From positions 721-64,720 of the forward strand of contig CACAAP010000003.1 of the NCBI GenBank assembly GCA_902530535.1: a stretch of DNA of 64,000 bases. Direction: 5' to 3'. The stretch comes from an uncultured Candidatus Poseidoniales archaeon (GTDB taxonomy: Archaea; Thermoplasmatota; Poseidoniia; Poseidoniales; Thalassarchaeaceae). Below the pieces are notes generated by a model, which was not told the DNA's origin, did no database searches, and saw only the letters and a list, made by a program, of their open reading frames with translations. The position numbers were made by a program, and so were the translations under genes. Positions 42,701 to 48,205 of the stretch are shown here, one piece after another (within the stretch, counting starts at the first letter, position 1; each line of letters starts with the position of its first letter).

Positions 42701-45700
42701 CCAGATCGACGACTCGTGGGGCGACGGCGGACACGGCATCACCGTGACCAACGGCGCAGACACGCTATGCACCATAGGCCAGTACGACTACACGTCCACA
42801 GCCAGCTGCACGTTCGACCTGACTGCCTACTCCGACGAGGAGATCTCGGTAGCGGTCGACACTGACAGCTACGCATCCGAGGGCACTCTTACGGTGACCT
42901 TCGACGACGGAAGCACTGCGGTTGAGACATGGTCTGGGGACACCTCGTTCGACTACGCGCACGTGGGCGACGAGCTCCTCGAGCAGGAAGGCGAGTACAC
43001 CATCACGATCTCCGACCCAGGTTGGGGAGACGGCGGTCACGGCGTCGAGGCATACTTCAACGGAGAGAGCGTCTGCTCGATAGGGCAGTACGACTACTCG
43101 AGCTCCGCGTCATGCACCTTCACCGGAACCGGATTCCCGGACTCGGTGCTGGACATCGACATCGATACCGACAGCTACCCATCAGAGGGACAGCTGGACG
43201 TGACGTTCCCAGACGGAACGACCGCTACGGAGACATGGTCCGCTGACACATCGTTCAGCTACGCAAGCCACTCGGGCACGGACGTGCAGCCAGTGGCAGG
43301 CGAGGTCATGCTGAGCAACGGGCACGGCGCCACAGTGAGCCTGGACACCTCGTCCTACCACACTGGGACCGTGGACGACGACGACGACAACGACGGCTTC
43401 GCCGACGATGACGACGCGTTCCCGACCGATGACAGCGAGTGGGACGACATGGACGGCGACGGGGTCGGATCGAACACCGACAACGACGACGACGGCGACG
43501 GCACCAACGATGGCGTAGACGACTTCCCACGCCACGCGCATGCTCAAACCGATACAGATGACGACGGTATGCCCGACGAGATAGGATGGACAAACGGAGA
43601 AATCTTCGAACACTTCGATGCTGGAAACTATACTGGTATGGACGATTACACAGACAATGGATGGGATAGATCAGGAGATTCTCTGTTCGGAATATCATCT
43701 GCTGGCTTCTTAGATGGATATGCCGCTAGAGCAGGGGCAATTTCAGATAATGAGTCCTCTTCCTTAGAGTTAGTAATTGAAACTGCAGGAGGATACCTTT
43801 CATTCGATTACATAATCGATACTGAAGAGCGCTATGACGTACTTTCATTCAGCATAGATGGGATGGAATACTTCAGTGCTAGCGGACAGGAATATCACTG
43901 GGAGTTCATTTGCGATACTGCTGGCTCATACTCAGACACATCTTGGGAAGCAAACTCTCTGAATGACGGTTCGATCCCAGGAGACTGGGTTAACGACGGA
44001 TACGCTGACTGTGGAGATACTGATGGCGATGGAATTTCAGACGATGAAGGCCAGAGTGACTGGTATTCGAAGATTGAAGGGACCTTTGAGACATGGATCG
44101 ATGAAGGAAACCACACTCTAACATGGACATACACTAAGGATGGCTCTGTTTCAGGAGGTAGCGATCGGTCATACATAGATAACATCGTCTTCCCGTACTA
44201 CGTTATTGGCGATGGAGAGTGCTCCGACGGCACAGATGACTGCAACATAGAGGACATGGACGACGACAACGACGGCGTCGACGACTGGGACGACGACTGC
44301 CCGACCGACGCAGGAGAGCAGACCGACACAGATGGTGACGGATGGTGCGACAACGCTGACGCGGACGACGACAACGACGGCACGTACGACTACAACGACG
44401 CCATGCCGCTGGACCCCAACGAGACCAGCGACTTCGATGGCGACGGAATAGGCGACAACGCCGACCCAGACGACGACAACGACGGATGCGACGACGAGGT
44501 GGACGATCTGCCTTACGACGACTCCGACTGCGTCGACACCGACGGCGATGGGGTCGGCGATGATGCCGACCTGGATGACGACGGCGACAACGTCATGGAC
44601 GTCGATGACCCATTCCCGCTAGACGGATCAGCTTGGGCAGACAACGACGGCGACGGGGAAGCAGACGTAACTGGCGACCCACCGTTCCTAGGCAACTTCG
44701 AGGGAGCCTCGATTCCAGCCGGATGGACCACATTCGGCGACGCAGACTGGTTCGTTTGCGGCATGGGAACCTGCGGCACCACCTCAGGCAACGCAATCAA
44801 CGGCTCTTACATGGCCGAGTCAGGAGACATCGCCGACGCGGAAACGAGCTCTATCGAAGTCTCAATCGACACCCTAGCAGGGGACGTCTCGTTCGCTTAC
44901 GAGACCTCCACGGAGACCAACTGGGACTACCTGAGGTTCTACGTGGATGGCAGCCTGACCATGAGCTGGTCGGGCGTGACCTCCGGAACGTACACGACCA
45001 CGGTCAGCGCTGGATACCACACTTTCGAGTGGATGTACTACAAGGACTTCAGCGTCAGCAGCAACGCCGACACAGTCTGGATCGACGACGTGAGCCTGCC
45101 AGTATCGCAGGTCACTAACAACAGCGACCCAGACGACGACAACGACGGCGTGTACGACGAGTTCGACATCGACCCGTTGGATCCATGCGTGAGCCTGGAC
45201 ACCGACGGCGACGGCGAGCCAGACTGGGTTATGACAGGACTGTTCGACATGAGCGGAACGGGCGACGAGCAGTTCATCGTGGACTGCGACGCATCGATGT
45301 GGTCCGAGGACTGGGACGACGACGGCGACGGATGGAGCGATGAGCTGGAAGAACTATGCGGATCGAACCACCTAGACGGAGACGAGATGCCGATGGACAT
45401 GGATCAGGACTTCGTCTGCGACGATCTTGACGACGACTTGGACAACGACGGGGCTGTCAACCCGGTGAACAACTGCGAACTGTACCTGAACTCAGGAGAG
45501 ACGGACGCCTTCATCGACTGCATAAGCGATAGCTTCCACGCAGTCGATGCCGACGGCGATGGAGAGGCATCCTACATGGAACTCATGCACGCATGGACCT
45601 TCCAGTGGGCCTCCTCCGACATTGACGACGGGGACGACATGGTCACCTTCTTCTGCGGCGACGGCTCGGAGATACCCTTCGAGTGGGTCAACGATGAGAT

Positions 45701-47639
45701 GGATGACTGCGAGGACGGAGCCGATGAGCAGCAGTACGACGAGAACGGCGATCCGATCAACTGGTTCGACTGCTATGACGGCACCCAGGTGTGGATCTAC
45801 CAGGTCAACGACGGCTATCCAGACTGCCCAGACGGGGATGACGAGATGCCTGACGACGACTGGGACGACGAGGGCGACGACGACTGGGACGACGAGGACG
45901 ACGACGGCGGCGATGACGAAGGTAGCGAGGACATGGGCGGAATCGGATCACGTGACAACCACGAGAACGGCACCGACGAGAACGGCACCGACGAGAACGG
46001 CACCGACGACGGCGACGACCACGACCACGGCGACGACCACGACCACGGCGACGAGAACGGCACCGACGACGACGGCGATGACGGCGGCGATATGGTCTGC
46101 TACAACATCATGACCCATTCGGTGACCAACGACACCAGCGAGGAAAGCTGCGACGGGTACGCGTACTACGAGAACGCCTCCTTCAACGGGGCGAACTTCA
46201 CTGGATGCTACAACATGGTAACACACGTGGTGACCGGTGACGACGAGGCAACCTGCGATTCATACATGTGGGTCAGCGCATCTGGAGGACCAGGTGACGG
46301 AGGAGATGGTACCGACGACGGGGACGATGACACTGAAGAGCCCGAGGAGCCCGAGGAACCCGAGTCATGGCCAAGCCAAGACGACATGGCTGAATTCGAC
46401 ATGATGTTCTGGGACTGGGTCTCCCAGTGGGACGCGGACGCTAGCGACTCCCTGAGCTTCGACGAATTCTGGCAGATCAACAATGATACTGAGGAAGACT
46501 GGGACTTCGAGAACCCAGGTTGGTCAGAGGACACGACCGATTGGGACCAGTTCCCCTTCGACCCATCAGAGCAGACTGACACCGACATGGACGGAATGGG
46601 CGACAACTCCGACACAGACGACGATAACGACGGCGTCCCGGACGGCCTCGACGCCTTCCCATACGACCCGACCGAGTCTGCCGACCTGGACGGTGACGGA
46701 ATCGGGGACAACTCCGACAACGACACAGACGGTGACGGAATCGACAACGATCAGGACGACTTCGACAGCGATCCAAACGCTGCCGCGGACAACGACCAGG
46801 ACGGCGTCGACGACGCTTCTGACTCGGACGACGACAACGACGGCGTGCCCGACGTTGCAGACTGGGCGCCTTTCGACGCCTCCGAGCAGTACGACACAGA
46901 TGGCGATGGAGTTGGTGACAACGCAGACACGGACGACGACAACGACGGAACCGCTGACGCTGACGACGCCTTCCCGCTGGATGCCAGCGAGAACGCGGAT
47001 GCTGACGGCGACGGGGTTGGGGACAACTCCGACCCAGACGACGACAACGACGGCACACCTGATGGTCTGGACGACTTCCCGAACGATGCCACTGAGCAGA
47101 GGGACTCTGACGGAGACGGAATCGGAGACATAGCCGATCCTGACAGGGACGAGGACGGATACCTGAACTCGGACGACGCGTTCCCGATGAACGCCAACGA
47201 GTGGATGGACACCGACGGCGACAACATCGGCGACAACTCCGATCCAGATATTGACGGAGACAACGTCCTGAATGACGACGACTGGTCACCCTACGATGAA
47301 AACTGCAGAGTTTCCATCGAGAACTGTGAGTGGATGGACACCGACGGCGACGGAACCGGGGACAACGCTGACTCAGACGACGATGACGATACATGGTCGG
47401 ATGCAGACGAGTACTCCTGCGGAACTGACTCGAAGAATGCGAACGCAGTTCCATCGGACTTCGACGGCGACGGAATCTGCGACGCCCTGGACTCCGAGGA
47501 CAACAGGGGAGACGCCGGAGCCGGAGCTGCACCAGACGTGGTCCAGGAGGAACCAGGCTTCACGCCAGGCTTCGCATCCGTGCTAGCAGTCGTGTCCCTA
47601 CTGGGCGCAGCCGCACTAGGACGACGCGAAGAGGACTGA
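36726..47639 (+). CDS. Giant (about 3,640 aa) surface glycoprotein/adhesin: Calx-beta-like N-domain, TSP3-like repeat scaffold with inserted domains, LDLa-like modules, EF-hand loops, PGF-CTERM
   Basis: Single uninterrupted ORF. GGAGGA upstream of ATG 36726; signal peptide; FTKVNWDMPQ (Calx-beta-like); dozens of DTDGDGxGDNADxDDDxDG units; terminal PGFTPGF-hydrophobic-RR. Confidence 0.9.
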   Translation: MEKATQTARTLLMVAVMVAAAIVPMAPEAVELRDEARAMGASISTDVTSLTLDEGGSNWYEVSLDEAPDGTLVITPSSDNSVVTVDPSYIKFTKVNWDMPQYIWVDITDTDDDGADTTATISHSISGSDTVFASATIGDVSVTGTDYDIDTDGDGLHDGLDTDDDGDGIGDGNDAFPLDSSEDTDTDGDGTGDNADTDDDGDGTADSDDWAPLDDSEDTDTDGDGTGDNADIDDDGDGVNDSDEDDGCDLLVDCDGDGVNDDTDAFDSDANESADADGDGVGDNADDFDSDATEDTDTDGDGVGDNGDAFPDDSTETTDSDGDGVGDNGDAFPNDASETTDTDGDGVGDNSDWNATDSTESNDNDGDGVGDNADTDDDDDGVLDVDEDSNATLDCSILSDCDGDGVGDATDAFDVDPEAWDDLDGDGLADTFPNLLVNSYETIQLCGPEGGTEFYDATAYSDGPTGDYLAVSSSDDDSNGNNYEDTECTFTVPSGYTADVYLQTASYGSEARVTVDGTTYSGFSTGSDNDVVSLSAGTYTLYYEDSYGDGCNPSSYYGACFVQVSYENLVGQVVPSTSGFGTDLDNDDDGDGFSDADEDTCGTDSMNSTDAPTDTDSDGLCDAGVDDDDDDDGVLDSDEETGCDLLTDCDGDGVGDATDTHDNDATETSDMDGDGIGDNSDDDRDGDGYLNSNDEFPDDDSEWTDNDGDGTGDNADTDDDTCPEADGTDDDGDGTADHTCGTFTGLGSTMGYDFYPGDGVADVDDAFPMTPAESADNDGDGWGDNADADDDNDGISDAQDDDMDGDGFTNDDEDTNCVGDGGDSTSAGTTPDDMDGDGTCDYLDDDTDGDGTDDTSDAFPEDACADTDTDGDGDPDTLVSGCSTTLTEDGNDDYDPSAAPTPTSVCSIGSGSFASDSCTFTVAAGDELTIEMTTTSWASEAGLTLLEPGETAATNLELLTTSGSFSNYGSYSWTYTDAGEYTLTITDSYGDGGQSASAETVGATPIWTDSDEATCGTDPLDSTDEPTDTDGDGLCDDAQDDDNDGDGFSNADETTNCGEGNDALDSTDSPTDTDADGSCDALDTDDDGDGVDDANDACPLDDGESVDTDGDTVCDGDDTDDDGDGTADASDAFPLDSTEDTDTDSDGIGDNADTDDDNDTVADANDAFPLDATETTDTDGDGTGDNADTDDDGDGVDDASDACPLDGDESVDTDGDGVCNGDDTDDDGDGVDDADEADGSGLATATDCTLVTDCDGDGVDDADEADGSALDLDGDGTADGIDCAVDTDCDDDGTADDTDAFPVDASEALDTDGDGTGDNADTDDDGDGYSDADETTNCGDGTTTTAYSSSSDPLNASDTPDDMDGDGICDYTDTDRDGDGLANGWDACPDDGSGYTDTDGDGACDESDTDDDDDGTLDVNDAFPLDASEDTDTDGDGVGDNSDADDDGDGTDDQGDECPLDSSGITDNDGDGACDESDTDDDDDTVLDADEDSGCEFVTDCDGDGVGDEVDAFDTDAEATTDTDGDGMPDSITGATLTSETYTLEAWDAAGYTVVYAEEINGGTLCVIDSSLFEDTCTFSTSVGVNVYADNTQYSSYLAGDGGAILTTSDGTELVNESLVYQWYYDSYFGVYDLYSDSAVTTTDGLELDADDDGDGYGDAAEDTDCSTGDSTDSSVTPDDNDADGICDDLDDDDDNDGYSDSHESACGTDSLTADDVSDFDGDGTCDSEDADDDGDGTDDGDDWAPFDGSEWLDTDNDGTGDNADDDADGDGTPDSDDVDETDRCSSTDTDGDGMTDSYDDCSDMGFYSTLDADAGDNAGEGFDDGDHVGITDDTTLFGGAAAGNQWFQVADTDGVFRMYFDHATGVSAVSAWIALASTDYEDEDYYASYWVGDDGTTTKIGDSRDSWGNIDNCWCEGFWGQWVVEVPSEDGYLMLEASNDDDAEHWGLDNVAYHDNNWDVISMVTFEDSVGDMGVYTTPSTPALLAGTYTVQIDDSWGDGGHGITVTNGADTLCTIGQYDYTSTASCTFDLTAYSDEEISVAVDTDSYASEGTLTVTFDDGSTAVETWSGDTSFDYAHVGDELLEQEGEYTITISDPGWGDGGHGVEAYFNGESVCSIGQYDYSSSASCTFTGTGFPDSVLDIDIDTDSYPSEGQLDVTFPDGTTATETWSADTSFSYASHSGTDVQPVAGEVMLSNGHGATVSLDTSSYHTGTVDDDDDNDGFADDDDAFPTDDSEWDDMDGDGVGSNTDNDDDGDGTNDGVDDFPRHAHAQTDTDDDGMPDEIGWTNGEIFEHFDAGNYTGMDDYTDNGWDRSGDSLFGISSAGFLDGYAARAGAISDNESSSLELVIETAGGYLSFDYIIDTEERYDVLSFSIDGMEYFSASGQEYHWEFICDTAGSYSDTSWEANSLNDGSIPGDWVNDGYADCGDTDGDGISDDEGQSDWYSKIEGTFETWIDEGNHTLTWTYTKDGSVSGGSDRSYIDNIVFPYYVIGDGECSDGTDDCNIEDMDDDNDGVDDWDDDCPTDAGEQTDTDGDGWCDNADADDDNDGTYDYNDAMPLDPNETSDFDGDGIGDNADPDDDNDGCDDEVDDLPYDDSDCVDTDGDGVGDDADLDDDGDNVMDVDDPFPLDGSAWADNDGDGEADVTGDPPFLGNFEGASIPAGWTTFGDADWFVCGMGTCGTTSGNAINGSYMAESGDIADAETSSIEVSIDTLAGDVSFAYETSTETNWDYLRFYVDGSLTMSWSGVTSGTYTTTVSAGYHTFEWMYYKDFSVSSNADTVWIDDVSLPVSQVTNNSDPDDDNDGVYDEFDIDPLDPCVSLDTDGDGEPDWVMTGLFDMSGTGDEQFIVDCDASMWSEDWDDDGDGWSDELEELCGSNHLDGDEMPMDMDQDFVCDDLDDDLDNDGAVNPVNNCELYLNSGETDAFIDCISDSFHAVDADGDGEASYMELMHAWTFQWASSDIDDGDDMVTFFCGDGSEIPFEWVNDEMDDCEDGADEQQYDENGDPINWFDCYDGTQVWIYQVNDGYPDCPDGDDEMPDDDWDDEGDDDWDDEDDDGGDDEGSEDMGGIGSRDNHENGTDENGTDENGTDDGDDHDHGDDHDHGDENGTDDDGDDGGDMVCYNIMTHSVTNDTSEESCDGYAYYENASFNGANFTGCYNMVTHVVTGDDEATCDSYMWVSASGGPGDGGDGTDDGDDDTEEPEEPEEPESWPSQDDMAEFDMMFWDWVSQWDADASDSLSFDEFWQINNDTEEDWDFENPGWSEDTTDWDQFPFDPSEQTDTDMDGMGDNSDTDDDNDGVPDGLDAFPYDPTESADLDGDGIGDNSDNDTDGDGIDNDQDDFDSDPNAAADNDQDGVDDASDSDDDNDGVPDVADWAPFDASEQYDTDGDGVGDNADTDDDNDGTADADDAFPLDASENADADGDGVGDNSDPDDDNDGTPDGLDDFPNDATEQRDSDGDGIGDIADPDRDEDGYLNSDDAFPMNANEWMDTDGDNIGDNSDPDIDGDNVLNDDDWSPYDENCRVSIENCEWMDTDGDGTGDNADSDDDDDTWSDADEYSCGTDSKNANAVPSDFDGDGICDALDSEDNRGDAGAGAAPDVVQEEPGFTPGFASVLAVVSLLGAAALGRREED
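45961..46065 (+). repeat. Coding tandem repeats (15-nt x3 plus a fourth copy; 18-nt x2)
   Basis: ACGAGAACGGCACCG x3 (45961-46005) and ACGACCACGACCACGGCG x2 (46015-46050), encoding ENGTD and DDHDHG repeats. Confidence 0.85.
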
Positions 47640-47699
47640 TCCGAAAGGATCCACACAACGTAACCCCGGGCCGGGGGCCACCCGGCACCCGGCCCGGGG
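47638..47699 (+). terminator. Tandem 3' hairpins after the giant gene
   Basis: GATCC-GAAA-GGATC (47638-47651) and perfect 12-bp stem CCCCGGGCCGGG/CCCGGCCCGGGG (47664-47699). No U-tract, so the terminator role is uncertain. Confidence 0.5.
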
Positions 47700-47742
47700 C
47701 CACAACCCAATGCTGATAAGTCCCCCATATCACAAGGGAATC

Positions 47743-48129
47743 ATGCCAGGCACGACAAGGGCCGAGATCAGGACGCTGAAGATAGGGAGATACGTAGCGA
47801 TCGAGGAAGACGCATACAAGATTCTCAGCATGTCCAAGTCCAAACCGGGCAAGCACGGCTCAGCCAAGGCCAGGATAGAGCTGGAGGACATCTTCACAGG
47901 TCAGAAGAAGTCACACGTCGGTACCGTTACCGATACCATAAACATCCCACTCATCGAGAAGGGATCTGCCATAATCACCCACATCCAGGGCAACGAGGTC
48001 CATGCAATGGACAACAAGACCTACCAGACGCTCATCCTACCAGTCGAGGAAGGTATGAACCTGCAGTCCGGAGGGGAGATCCAATGGATGGAGGCAATGG
48101 GCAGGTACAAGATCAGCAGGGACCACTAG
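47743..48129 (+). CDS. eif5a: Translation factor aIF-5A
   Basis: SKPGKHGSAK hypusination-site motif. Confidence 0.95.
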   Translation: MPGTTRAEIRTLKIGRYVAIEEDAYKILSMSKSKPGKHGSAKARIELEDIFTGQKKSHVGTVTDTINIPLIEKGSAIITHIQGNEVHAMDNKTYQTLILPVEEGMNLQSGGEIQWMEAMGRYKISRDH

Positions 48130-48205
48130 TCGCGTTTTCCAGTCCATAGTACGTCTCGCCCACGTGAAGTATAAGCGTCGTTCTCGTACGCTCGGAACGA
48201 GAGAC

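Noticed and set aside
37140-47480. Regularly recurring GACGGCGACGG motifs resembling a CRISPR array
   Set aside because: Degenerate, in-frame coding repeats with no constant repeat/unique spacer pattern, and no cas genes in the window.
36726-47639. Diversity-generating retroelement acting on the giant gene
   Set aside because: No reverse transcriptase and no template/variable repeat pair with adenine-specific differences seen in this window.
29500-47728. Many long antisense and alternate-frame ORFs (Ser/Pro-, Arg- or Thr-rich) over the TSP3 genes
   Set aside because: Shadows of GAC/GGC-rich repeats with strong codon bias that lack stops in other frames. Low complexity and no independent signals.
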